A DNA stretch of 64,000 nucleotides. Origin: Lama guanicoe (taxonomy: Eukaryota). The notes beneath the pieces are model-generated. The model saw nothing but the letters and a program-made list of their open reading frames with translations, did no database searches and had not been told where the DNA came from. Shown here in pieces: positions 12,111-24,275 of the stretch. Location of the stretch: assembly GCA_013239625.1 (NCBI GenBank), contig MU053881.1, forward strand, positions 16,670,373 to 16,734,372, read 5' to 3'. The translations under genes were made by a program, and so were the position numbers. The first letter of the stretch is position 1; the number at the start of each line of letters is the position of its first letter.

Positions 12111-14574
12111 GAGTATGTGGCCCAGGCAGAGAGAGCAGGGTGGGAAGATGGTGGGAGGAGACGAGGGTAGGTAGGTGGCCAGAGGTTTACTAGAAACTCT
12201 GGGGACTCAAGAGATCAGTTCAGGGGAAACCATGTGAAACTGGCTTCTAGATGTCATTTCTCATAGGGTCTGCCTTTCTGGGGACCATCAGCTGTCTTGT
12301 GCCTCTGAACCCCTGCCCCCCATGCCCCTCTGGCACACCCCTCATCTTAGAACTGTGTATTGGGAAACAGAATTGCCTCCACTGGCTTTGGAACCAGGTA
12401 TAAATGCTCAGGGGTCAGGGTGAGGGAGGCTGTGAGTGCTATGTCAGGTGGCTCCGGGTCTCAGGTATATGTTGGTGGGGGAAGGTGAGGTGCAGGAACC
12501 GTGGGAGAGCCCTAGGAGCCCCTGACCTGGCCCAGGATGGGCATAGGTATCTTGGAGGTCTTCTCAGAGGCACATCCAAACCGAGGCCTGTTCCCCAGCA
12601 GCGTATATGGGACAGGGTCTTGCTAAACTCTGTATCTCGGCCCCGTGCCTGGAGGTGTGTTTGGCCTTATTTTTCTTCTAGTTTTGAGACTATCTGAAGT
12701 CAGGAGTAGGGGGCAGGGCAGGCCCTGGGGGGTCCCCAGGGTCCCACTGCTCAAACTTTGCTTCTTGGGGGGGGGGCTGGACCCAACCTGACCCTTCGCC
12801 AAGCAGAGAATTTCTTTGAGGTTTCAGGCTGTGTTTTGGAAAGTCACCTGAAGTGTTCACCCAACTCCTTGACATTTTCTTGTTAACTTTGCTTTTAAAC
12901 CACATGCAATTTTCTACTGAATGTGTGCACCCACTTCCCCCAGACTCAATTCTTTCATCATTTAACAAATAGTCACTGAGTCCATGCTAGGCACCAGGGA
13001 TGGTCAAAGTCCCTTCCCTTCTGAGATTCTCAGGCCAGCGGGCTAAGAGTGATATCCCAGGAAATAGATACAGTATAGAATTCCAGGTACTGAGGTGCTC
13101 AGAAGAATGAAGTACGGTGACGGGGAGAGAGGGTGCATCCATGCATGCGGGAGGGAGGAGTCAGGATGGCCTCTCCCAGTAGGTGAGAGAGGCCAGAGGG
13201 AATGATGTGCCAGCAATGTGAACAGCCAGTGCAAAGGCCCTGCACCATCCCATGTGGTTGGCGATTTTAACTCCATTGCTCAGGTGATGAAACTGAGGCT
13301 CGGCTATCCTAGAGGACGCCCCCCCCCACACCAGTGGGTCACTGGTTCTGACTGTAGACTTTTCTTTCTAGGAGGAGGAACTGGACCAGGCCTCCCTCCC
13401 GACCTGTTCCAGTTTCCTCCTGTGAGGTCCTGCCTCTGTAGAAGGAAACCAGACAGGAGTGCACGTAGGGGTTGGGGGCAAGAAGGAGGGCAAGGCCAGG
13501 CCAGGAGCCAGGGGAAGCCAGGCACTGGTGAGCAGACAGATGGACAGACAGGCAGGTGGCAGCCCACAGAGGAAGTGGCTTAGCAGGTAGACAGGTAGCA
13601 AACGCGTGGAAACCCCAGGCTGGCCCTGCATTGTGGGCGGGTAGGGGGCCCCATGCCTGATGCCACATCTGAGAGGCAGCCCCTGGCACCTGTCCCATCG
13701 GAAGAGGAGGAGGAGGAACAGCTGGGGCGATTGGGGTTCTTGGTGGAGGCTCACCTGGTCCCGGCTTGGGTGACGGGGTGCTCATCACCTCCCTCCTTTA
13801 GTGCCCCTCAAAACACCTGTCATCGGCAAGTTCAGAGCTGCCTCCTTCATCTTCCAGCTCTAAGGAGGAAAAGGCCTTTGGTTTTGGTTTGTTTTTTCAA
13901 TTTTTATTTATTTTTAATTGAAGTACAGTCGGTTTCCAATGCTGTGTTCATTTCATCCTTTGTTTTCAAATTTTGCTAAATGTACCTACCACATAACGCA
14001 CTTATTTAAAGTAGCCAATTCAGTGATTTCTAGTATATTCAGAGTTGTGCAACCATCCCCATGATCCACTATAGAACATTTTCCTCAGTCACCTCTGGAC
14101 CCTTTAGCTATCACTTTCTTATTTCGCAGTCCCTCACCTCCTCCCCCTCCCCACGGCCTACGCCATCACTAATTGACTTTCCGTCCCGTGGGTTTTGGTT
14201 TCTTGATGGTATTGCCAGTGCAGCTCCCTCGAGCCCATCCTGAGTGGTCTCACTTTAAATTCACAGTCCCCCTCCCCCGGTGTGAGTACTGCCACTGTGC
14301 CCATTTCACAGATGAGAAGACTGAGGCCCAGAGAGTGCAAGCTGTGTGTCCTGTCACACAGCCAGGCTGGGATTTGAACCTCACTCTTACTCTTCTCCTC
14401 CCCTGTCCCAGGCTTAAGCTCTGCGAAGTCCACTGCCCTCCCCATTTTCTGCGACTAACACTCACTCATGCCCCCCAAACCCCCTTCTTCCAGGAAGCCT
14501 TCCAGAAGGCCCCAGCACAGCTGTCCTCCCCCTCTCCCCTGCCCTGACCCCTTGGCTGGGGGACCAGGGGGCAT

Positions 14575-14870
14575 CTGGCTGAAAAATCTTAAAAATAAGT
14601 CTGTAAACAAGTTACTGGTTGCATTAAAGGCTCTAATCAGCCAGGATTGTGATGGGGGGCCTGATAACCTGGCTGTTTTGTGCTAGCTGCCCTGTGATGA
14701 CATGGGCCAACTCTTCTGAGAAGCGCACGCCTGGAGAGGCCCTGAAACCACCCTCGCCCCGCCGCTGATAGCAGATAACAGCCCCTGAGCTGTGGTTTTC
14801 ACAGCGATCAGACTTGTGGTGCCAGGTCGACCGAGCTGAGCGACATCAAAACGTTTTATCTGGGCCCGGC
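14575..14870. promoter_or_regulatory. Candidate enhancer (GATA x4, RUNX x2, FOX, MEF2-like, TCF/LEF-like)
   Basis: Non-repetitive segment with dense motifs; see finding. Confidence 0.4.
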
Positions 14871-16041
14871 AGTGGTCAGGAGCAGAGGGCAGCGCGTGGG
14901 GCGCTCGGGGATGTAAAGGGGAGGCAGGGGCCCCCAGCACCTGATGAAAGCAGTGGGGAGGTATTATTCATGGTGGGGCTTTTTCCATTCATTTCACACT
15001 GGAGAAGCTGAGGTCTGGTTGGTCTCCGTGCCCTAGTCCTTGGGTCTGGCTTGTCTGAGTGGGTGTCCAGATGGGTCTCAGACACCCTTTGCTTTATAGA
15101 TGGAGTTCAGGAGTAGTGGATTGAGCTGCCGTTAGGCCTGGGGCTTTCCAGGGGAAATATGTGGATCATCTTGGGGGTTGGCAGGAAGTGCTAGCCGCTC
15201 AGAGTCCTCTGTCAAGGACAGTGGCCTCTTTGCTGTCACCCAATCTAGTCTCTGCAAAGGGGCAGGGTGTGGGGGGCAGTTCAGTCTTCCTGGGTTCAGC
15301 TTTGAGACTGGCAGTTGTTGGCCAAGGACTCAGGTCCTGGAGAGGCTGACTCAGCTGGGCCCTGCTGAAGACAGAGCCTTGGCTCCAGAGTGCACCCATG
15401 CTGTTCCAGACAGTTTCACACTGTTCCAGCTTCCTCAAGAAGGCACACACAGGCTCGAATTCCCTGCATCCTGGGCCTCCAAGGGCATATATGGAGGACC
15501 TGAAGCTCCAAAGGCAGGGCTAGGTCTGCAATATGTTCATCCACTTTCATCAACTATTTTTGGAACAGCTGTAGCATGCCTGGCCCTGTTCTAGGCATGT
15601 CCACAGGAGTGTTTGGAATAAAATCCAAACCCCTCACTGAGTTCCACAAGGTTTTACAGTCTGGCTCCAGCCACCCTCTGACCCCATCTTCTCCCATTTG
15701 TGCCACGATCACATCGGACACCACGACCTTCGTACTGGCTGTTCCTACTGCCGAGAATGCTGTTCCCTTGGCTCACTCCCTCCCCTCCTGCAGGTCTGAG
15801 CTCAAACAAGGAGGCCTTTCTTGCCCTTTCAGGCTGAAATAACCTTCCTAATCCCTCCCCCCTCCTTATCCCGATTCATTTTTCTGATGTTATGAATGTT
15901 ATGTCACACGTTTATAAGTTTATTGTCTCTTTCTCCATTGGCAGGAATCTGCCCTGTCCCGCTCACTGCAGTACCCCCAGCCGGGCACGCTGCAGCTGCA
16001 TAGTGCATAGCTGTAAACAGATGTTTAGAGTCAAGGAGGGA

Positions 16042-16068
16042 TGTGTGTGTGTGTGTGTGTGTGTGTGT
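16042..16068. repeat. (TG)n microsatellite
   Basis: Direct reading. Confidence 0.95.
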
Positions 16069-16339
16069 TTGTGGTGCTGATTTGGGTTGGAGGAGGGCAG
16101 TGGGGAACCTCTCTGAGCTGACATTGGAAATGAAGCTTGAAGAGTTTGCTCCTGGGGGAGTCAGCCCAGGCGTGGCCCAGTCTAGGGACAGAGCTGTTGG
16201 AAACTGTAAGGCCAAGGGGTCCCAAGGGGTCACCAGAGTCCCCAGGCTTTGCTCAGGTCCCATGTTCTGAGCTTATTCTTTTTCTGTTCCCTGTCATCAT
16301 ATCTGGGGGTTGATGTGTGTTCATGTCCAGCTGATTCCT

Positions 16340-16454
16340 TTTTTAAAATTTATTTTACTTTGTTTTATTTTTTTTTAATGGCGGTACTGGGGATTGAACC
16401 CAGGACCTCGTGCATGCTAAGTACACGCTCTACCACGGAGCTATATCCTCCCCC
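16340..16454 (-). mobile_element. Vic-1-like tRNA SINE
   Basis: ggtactggggattgaacccaggacctcgtgcatgctaag...gagctatatcctcccc. Confidence 0.85.
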
Positions 16455-17269
16455 AGCAGCTGACTCTTTAAATAAACTTTATTTTGGAATAATTTTGGGT
16501 TTCCCGACAAGTCACACAGGCGGTACAGGGAGCCCCATAGCCCTCCCCCAAGCTCCCCCACCAACGTTTGACATTTTCACAGTACCTTCGCCAAACTGGA
16601 GGAACCAATGCTGGTGTGTTTACATTACTTTTAACTAAACCCCAGACTTTATTCACACGTCACCAGCTTTTCCACTGGTGTCCTTTTTCTGTTCCAGGAT
16701 CCCACATTGGATTTAGTCACTGGGCTGTTTTAAAAAATAGTTTATGTATTGGAAACCCAGCTCTGAAGCTGGGAAAGGCTTGAATGGGGTCTGCGTGGTG
16801 TCTGTGGACCTCTGTGAGGCTGCCCCTGAGCAGGAGGTCCCCAAGGGCAAGGGCAGACGAGGGGCACCAGGGGAAATTGAGACTCTGCTGACACTGGGAG
16901 CTGTCAGGGGCAAGGTCCCAACAGGCCTCCCCATGGGTAGTGAGTGCCCCATCATGAGGGCATGTAAGGAGATTCTGTTTAGGTTCCTGGAGGAGATCTT
17001 ATGGGGGCCTCTGACTTGCATAGGAAGGTCAGATGGTATGACCCCGGCCTGAAACTTACCGTTCAAGTCTCTGATTCCCATTTGGGGGCAATTCCCAGGA
17101 GTGCGTCTGCCTGGTTCTCCTTGGGATCCGCCCACGTTCCTCTCTGCCCTTGAGTCTGAAGAACTGATTTTTCATGGTGGTCAAGCAGGTCCTCCTCTCT
17201 GAGTCTCAGTTTCCTTGTCTGTTCAACAAGGGCTCCACTTCTCAAGCACCAGGATGGATATCTTCAAAA

Positions 17270-17965
17270 AGGTAAAAACAAACAAGAGTTGGTGAGGATG
17301 TGAGGAAGTTGGAACCCCCCTACACCGCGGGTAATAATGTAAACTGCTTCAGTGGCTTGGAGAAAATTTGGCGGTTCCTCAGAAAGGTAAACATCGGGTT
17401 ACCATATGACCCAGCAATTCCACTCCTAGGTACAGACCCAAGAGAAGTGAAAACACAGGTCCGCGCAAAAACTCGCGCACACACATGCACAGCCGCACTA
17501 GTTACGATCGCCAAAAAATAGAAACAACCAAATGCCCACTGACAGGTGAGTGGATAGACAGATGTAGTCCATCCTTATGACAGAGTATTACTCAGCCATA
17601 AAAAAGGGTGAGGCTCTGACACGTGCTACAATGTGGGTTAACTTCGAAAACATGATGCTGAGTGAAAGAAGCCAGACACGAAAGGCCACATCGTGTGTGA
17701 TCCCGTGTATGTGAAATGTCCAGAACAGGCAAATCCATAGAGACAGAAAGCAGATTAGGAGTGGCCCAAGGCTGAGGGTGGGGGTGGGGGTGGGGAGTGA
17801 CTGCTGATGGAGACGGGGTTCCTCTCGGGAGTGATGAAATGTTCTGAAATTAGATAGGGGTGATGGTTGCACAACATTGTGAATGTGCTAAAAGGCACTG
17901 AATTGTACACCGTAAAAGGGTTAAAATGGTGAACTTTATGTTGGATACATTTTATCTCAATTAAA
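17270..17965 (+). mobile_element. L1MB-like 3' end
   Basis: WRFLRKVNIGLPYDPAIPLLG in ORF 17300..17521 plus 3' UTR. Confidence 0.85.
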
Positions 17966-20199
17966 GAAAATCAGAGCTAGCCTCTGTGATCAACCCTAAA
18001 GCAAGGGACTAGGTGGGGGGGCGGGCGGTGCAGCACACAGACGTCCCTTCCCCCTCCTTTTGTTCCTGGGACTAGGACAGATTTGGGGCCCCAGACCCTC
18101 AGAGCAGTTCAGAGCAGGGTGGGCACCGGCGGCTAGCCTGGTGGGGGCGCCCCAGTGTCCGTCAGCCCTGGCTCCCGCCACGCCCAGGTGGCAGCTACTC
18201 AGGCTCGGGTGGCAAAGGGGGAAGTGGGGCTTTTCGTGGTTCCAGGGCCCCTGGATTTGCATCGGCCACTTTTACATAAAAATCTTTCCAGGCTGTGCCC
18301 AGCGGGCCCTGAAGCCAGCCGTGGGCTTGTGCTGTGCATGGGGGGCAGCCTCGCTGGAGGTTTCTGCAATACCCTGCCCAACCCACCGGTTCCTGTTTTG
18401 GGGGAATGTTATCACTGCTGGCTTCTTAGAAAGAGCCCACGGTGGGGAGCCTGCTAGCCCCCAGCCAGCCCTGGCTCCGCCTTTCCCTCTCTTTCCCTGG
18501 GGCTGGGATTCCTGGGGTCCATCCTGAGGTCGGCAGGGGTGCCAGGCTGCGATGTGGGGGAGATGACAGTGGCCATTTACCGAGCGCATCCTGTGTCCCT
18601 GATTTTCTGTGAGCTGAGGTTATCTCCTGGGACCCCTAGAAGATGTGTTACCCCCAGATCCATCATTCAGCAGAGAACATGGGGCTTCATTAGAAGTATG
18701 ACAGTCAGACTGTAGCCAGGCTGGGGTTTGAGCTGCTGGCCTGGTGCCAAGCCCAGGCTGATTAAGCCCCCCATCCCCACTTGAGATAAGTCAGGGAGAG
18801 GGCCTCCATCGTTTATTCAGGCAACAAACATTTACCAAGCTCCTCCTGGTGCCAGGGTCTGGGTTAGGAGCCGGAAATTCGATGGGGAGCAAGCCAGCAA
18901 AGTCCTACCCTCCCGATGGCCAATGGCCAAGGGACATGAGAGACAGCCAATGAGCAAGCTGATTCCAGAGAGCATGGTGGGGGACAGGGTGGGGTGGCAG
19001 GGGGTCCTGGAGCTGCAGTGAGGGGCCGAGGGAGAAAGGCAGGGTTGGGGGCCTTGGTGGTGACCGGCCCCCTGCTCTCCTGCACAAGGTGGATGTCCCC
19101 TGACAGGCATCTCTTCCATTGCTCTCTCTTTTGTGCTTTGGTTTCACCCCCACGGGCCTGAATTTGCATTTTGGGACATTTCTTCTTTTTAAAACTCCTG
19201 CCTTCTGCCGTCTCCACAGTCTCTGGGTGCAGGCTGGAGGGTGCTGCCCCCACCCCACAGTCCCCCATTGGCAAAGGATTTCCTGCTTGGCATGGCTTCT
19301 CAGAAAAGCCACCTCTGGGGTCCTGGGTTATGAAATGCTCCCCTGATCTGGCCCGACGCCCTCGGGCTGGCGTCCCAGGGAAGACTCTGCTGGACTGTCT
19401 GCCTGTTGAGCGCCCCCTGCAGTTGGGGATGGAAAGGACCCCTTGTAGAACCTCCCATTTGACAGATGAGGACCCTGAGACCAGTGAACTCGGACCGAGA
19501 CTCAAACCCAGGATGCCTGGCTGCCTTTTGGGCGCAATGATCCTCTCTGTCCTCCAAGTGCATGGGGGCATCAGACTGGAAAGAGACCCTGGGAAAGTCA
19601 GGCACGGCTTGCATGGCACCCCTACCATTAACATGTAGCCAAAAAGCCTAGGCTTGCTGGGCCTAAGTTTCCCCTTCTGGCAAATGGGCTGAGTGCTCCT
19701 CACTTGCTCCATCATAAACCTGTTGGTGGCTTCGGTGTGTCCACCCCACATTATCAGGCTTTGCCTGTGTCCCCCCCACATTATCAGCCTCCACTTTAAC
19801 CTCTTGGTGGTGTTGTGTTGGTCTCAGGGTAACGTCCATGCTCTTGGCTGTGGCTTCCGAGGCTTTATGTGGCCAGTCCCTGCCCTATCCCAGACCCAGG
19901 TCTCTGCCAGATGCTTAAATACATCAGGTTCTCCCAGGACTCCAGAACTTGCTTCTCCTGCATCCATTCATGCCTCTGAACCTCGTCTACTTACCTGTCA
20001 GTCTCAGCCCGATGTCCAGCTGCCTTCTTTCCATATAGATAGAAAAGTACGTAAATCTTAGGTCTACATACAGCTTGGTAACTTGTCACAAAGTGAACAC
20101 ACCTATGTAACCAACACCCAGGTCTAGAAACCAAACAATCCCAGTCTTACCACCTCCTGTCAAACTCCCTGGTATGCTCAAACAGTTTGCATTGATGAT

Positions 20200-20560
20200 T
20201 AATGGTTACAGAGGGGCCTTCTGTCTGTGATGTAGCTGCCCAACAAGCTGCTGGGCCTATGGATTGCAATAGAGGTATAGACTACAGGACGAGGAAGGTG
20301 ATTTCTCTCCCCATTCTGGGTTGGTCAGAGCAGGCAAGCAGCTGCCCCTGCCACTTTGAAATGGGGCAGACAGACAGTGAGCTCAGTGGAGACCACCATG
20401 GTATGTGTGTGTGTGTGTGTGTACTTCAGAGTGGTGCCCTGGGAGAAGGCACCGAAGACTTTAAAGCATTTAGCCTAGAGAAAGACAGACCCAGCTCCCT
20501 GTCACTTGCTCCAGGTGGCTCTGTGGCAGACAGGGCGGGGTGGCAGTTCACTCTGAGGGA
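20200..20560 (+). mobile_element. L3/CR1 LINE relic
   Basis: tgtgatgtagctgcccaacaagctg...gattgcaatagaggtatag...gaggaaggtgat and tttagcctagagaaag resemble the CR1/L3 ORF2 3' region. Confidence 0.6.
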
Positions 20561-21579
20561 AGCGCCGGTTTCCAGGCTACTTTGATGGTAGTGAGCATCC
20601 CGTCAGGAGAGGCAGCAAGCTGAGTAGAAGCTCCGGACTGCAGGCTGGCCAAGACGGGGGTAATCCAACCCCTTACCTCACACCAGGCCTTGCAGAGAGG
20701 AGGGTGAGGGGGAAGACTGCAGGGGCATGTGACCATGCTGAGACCTTTCTTGGTAGGGAGATGGAAGCCCAGAACCTGAAGGTGATCTGCCCAAGCTCAT
20801 TTGGCCAAAATTGGCTTTCCAGGCACAGGCTGGCTTGGAGCTCTGGCTGTGGGTGGAGCTCAGGTCGGGTTATATCTGGCATGGCCGTTCCCTCTCGCCG
20901 GCTGCAGCTGCCCGGGGCGGGGGCCACTGGGCATGCTCCACCACACGCGCTGGCAAGCGGCCGCAGGTGCTGGGCCGGCCACTTTACATAGCCACGCTTG
21001 GTCTCCCCCGCCTGGCTTGCTGTCCTGCCCCCTCGCCTCTCACCAGGAAAGGGCCGGGGGTCTGAGAGCAGGAGCCGACTCCGAGCCCCAGTGAGCTCTT
21101 GAGTATTTTTATTTCACTTCTGCGTTTCACTTTTACTGGTCTTAGGTGAAATGTGCATGTTAGGCCCTGAGTGGTAGCTATTGGGCCCGGGCTGGTTCTG
21201 TTCTGTGTCAACCAGGGGTGGCTGTAGGGGAGCACAGGGTCCCCGGTTTAAATCCCACCCATGCCACTGGCTGGCCGTGTGGCCTCTGGAGCTGCACATG
21301 GCCCTCTGTGCCTCCTGAAAGGTGCATGGGGTGTGGGAGGAGACCTCAGGCCTAGGTTCTGATACCACCCTGCCTCTTGCCTGCTGTGCAGCCTCAGGCA
21401 AGTCCCTTCCCCTCTCTGGGCCTCAATTCTCTCCTCTGTAAAATGGGAGTAACTACAGCCACATCCTTGTAACATTGTCTCTCTGATCCAGCGCTGGTGT
21501 GGGGTCTGGCTGGGTGTTTGCCCTGGGGAGCTGAGGTGTCCCAGAGAGGCTGGACCAGTGGTATGTCCTTGAATTCGAT

Positions 21580-21679
21580 TTTTGTTTTTTGGGTTTTTTA
21601 AAATGGAATTAGTGGGGATTGAATCCAGGGCCTCATGCATGCTAAGCCTGTGCTCTACCACTGAGCTACACCTTCCCCA
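21580..21679 (-). mobile_element. Vic-1-like tRNA SINE
   Basis: ggggattgaatccagggcctcatgcatgctaag...ctaccactgagctacacc. Confidence 0.8.
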
Positions 21680-21714
21680 CTGTCCTTGAACTTGAGACAC
21701 TTGAGCTTGTATAA

Positions 21715-21890
21715 GGATCTCATCATGAGGCTAGTTTAAAAATGCAGATTCCTGGACACTTCCCACGGTGGGGAGAGGGTGGGTTGGCCCTCAGGTGTCA
21801 TCTGGTGCCACATTAGGCCAAGAAACTTCAGGAAAGGCTCTGGGACCTGTGGGTGTGTTTGGAGTCGAGTCTGCTTCCTGGGACAGGACT
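21715..21890. mobile_element. MER5-like hAT-Charlie relic
   Basis: tttaaaaatgcagattcctgg...ccctcaggtgtcatctggtg. Confidence 0.5.
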
Positions 21891-23789
21891 GGGAGTGGTG
21901 TGGGGAGGGGAAAACCAAGGCCCAGAGAGGCAGTCATCTACCCTGGGTCGCTCAGCAAGCAAGTGACTGCACTGGGATTGAACAAAGCATCCGGCTCTGA
22001 GCTCCCAGGTGCTCATGTCCCAGAAGCTGCAGGGGCTGCTGAAAACATGAAGCTTCAAGCTTTCCCCAGAAAAAACTCAGAGCCCATCGGGATTTATATA
22101 GTGGCTCCCAAAATATCTGGCCGCGGATAGGCTGAGGCAGATGAGGGCGCGGCTGGCCAATGCCGTGGCTTCCTGTCCTGCCAAGATGTTTCCTGCCGAT
22201 AGCCAGGCCCAGTGGCCTTATCTGTGACCCCAGGGCTGCTGGGAGCACAGCCAACCCCCACCCTCCTGCCACCAGGGGACAGGCTGTTCTGGCCTGGGGA
22301 AGGGGCTGCAGGGACCCAGGAGGGGTTCAGTGCAGGCAGCTCACTGAGGTGGTAGATCGTTGGATCAACTCACAAGTTTTGAGAAGGAATATTGTACCCA
22401 GAGTCCAACTGCCCCAGAGTTGAGTTGTGGCTCTGGGGCTAAATGGTTGTGTGACCCCGAGGAGTGGGCCCCTCTTGAAATCACCTTCATCCATTAAGTG
22501 GGCATAGCAGTGTCTCCATTTTCATTTAACACCCCCCACTCTTCTCCCCACCCCCAGCCTAGCCCTCAAAGAGCCCAAGTCTGGCGGAGACAGAGCTGGA
22601 CACAGATCCCCCCCAGCCCTACAGCATCAGGGCTTGGCTAGAAGGAAGGCGGAGGCTGGAGGACTACAGGTGTTTGTCTAGGGCAGCTTCCTGGAGGAGG
22701 GATGTTACAGCTGGGGTTTAGTGGATATGTAGGAGCTTATTAGGCAGAAGGCATGGAAGGGATGACCAGGCTGAGGGAACAGTGTATGCGAATGCTTGGA
22801 GTCCAAGCGACACTATTCCCATTTCACAGAGAAGGAAGCTGAGATTCCAAGAGGAGGTGATTCCATGGTTCTGAAACCTGGTTCTTTCTCCTGTACCAGC
22901 CAACCAAGACCTGAGCTTCTGGGAGGGAATATGTTCCCTCTTAACTGTGACCCTGTGTCCTGGGAGATATTTTTTTTTTAATTTCAAAGTAGATTTTATT
23001 GCAGCCCAAATAGTAGAATTAACTATACATAATAAACTATGTATATATGTATGTATATGCACATACATTTTAAGTTATAGGAAATAACAAAGGGGACAAG
23101 ATTTTCTAGGAAATAAAATTTATTTTGGCAGATGGTGTTAAAGTCATAACTCAACATCCTTAATTTGATATAAGTATGACACATTTTCTTGTCTTCCTGT
23201 GTCCTAAGTCACCAGACCTACTGCTTTATCAAACTGATACACTGAAGTTAAACATTACTCATTTCACTTACACTGAGTCTGAAAAGGGGTTTTCACCTCT
23301 GTCTCTCACCATCTGCTCTGTGGTGGTGGGAGCTGTCCTCCAGGCCCTGGTGGCTGAGGCTGAGGTGTCTGATGGGGGCTGCAGGGAGGGACTGGGGTCA
23401 AGGTTCCAGCTGCGGTCTGAGGCAGGGTTGCCTGCCCTGCCTCTGTCTTACCCTCTGGCTTCAGGGAGGTTGTCCACACCCTCCCTGCCCTTGGAGGGGC
23501 CAAGATGCTTCAGGACATCAGTGCTCCAGGACTGTTCCCCCGAGAAGAGCCAGCCCCTGCCTGTTTGCCTCGTTCCTTCCTTGCCGGTTCAGGTTTGGGG
23601 CTTTTGTGCACAACACAGGGAGGGCCAGTGGGGTGAGAGATGAGGGAACTGTGGTTTTGGGTCTCCTCTTTCATGTTTTTCAAGAGGCTTGAGCAAAACA
23701 TGGAACTCTGCTCAGTAAATCAGTGCTGCCTCTGTGGGGCCACCTGGTTCTGCTGGTTGGAGGACACAAAAACGTGTGGCAGAGGGACT

Positions 23790-24275
23790 CAGACAAACAC
23801 AGACACACGAATATGTGCATGAATATTCACAGCAGCATTTTCACAGTAGCCAAAAAGTGGAAAAAAACCAAATGCCCATTGATGGGTGAAAGATAAACAA
23901 AATGTGGTCCATCGTACAAGGAAATATTAGCCACGGAAAGGAATGAAGCCCTAACACACGTTACAACCTGGATGAACCTCAAAATCGTCCCACTGAGTGA
24001 AAGAAGCCAGGCACCAAAAGTTTATGATTCTATGTATGTGAAATGTCCAGAACAGGCAAATCCATCAAGACAGGAAGAGGACTAGTGGTTGCCAGGGCTG
24101 GGGGAGGGGAGTTGGGGAGCGACTGCCCGTGGGAACAGTTTCCTTTCGGGGTGATGGAAACGATCTACAATTAGATACTGCTGGTGGTTGCACAACTTTG
24201 TAAATTCACAAAACGCCCCTGAGTCGTCCACTTTAAGACGGTTCATTGTATGCCATGAGAATTTCACCTCAATTA
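23790..24275 (+). mobile_element. L1MB-like 3' UTR
   Basis: cacagtagccaaaaagtgg...gtgaaatgtccagaacaggcaaatcc. Confidence 0.8.

Noticed and set aside
18864..19781. Longest ORF in the track (305 aa, minus strand)
   Set aside because: No recognisable domain, includes MIR-derived translations (SSSVKW, QKGKLRP), and lacks exon-like structure; a chance ORF in GC-rich DNA.
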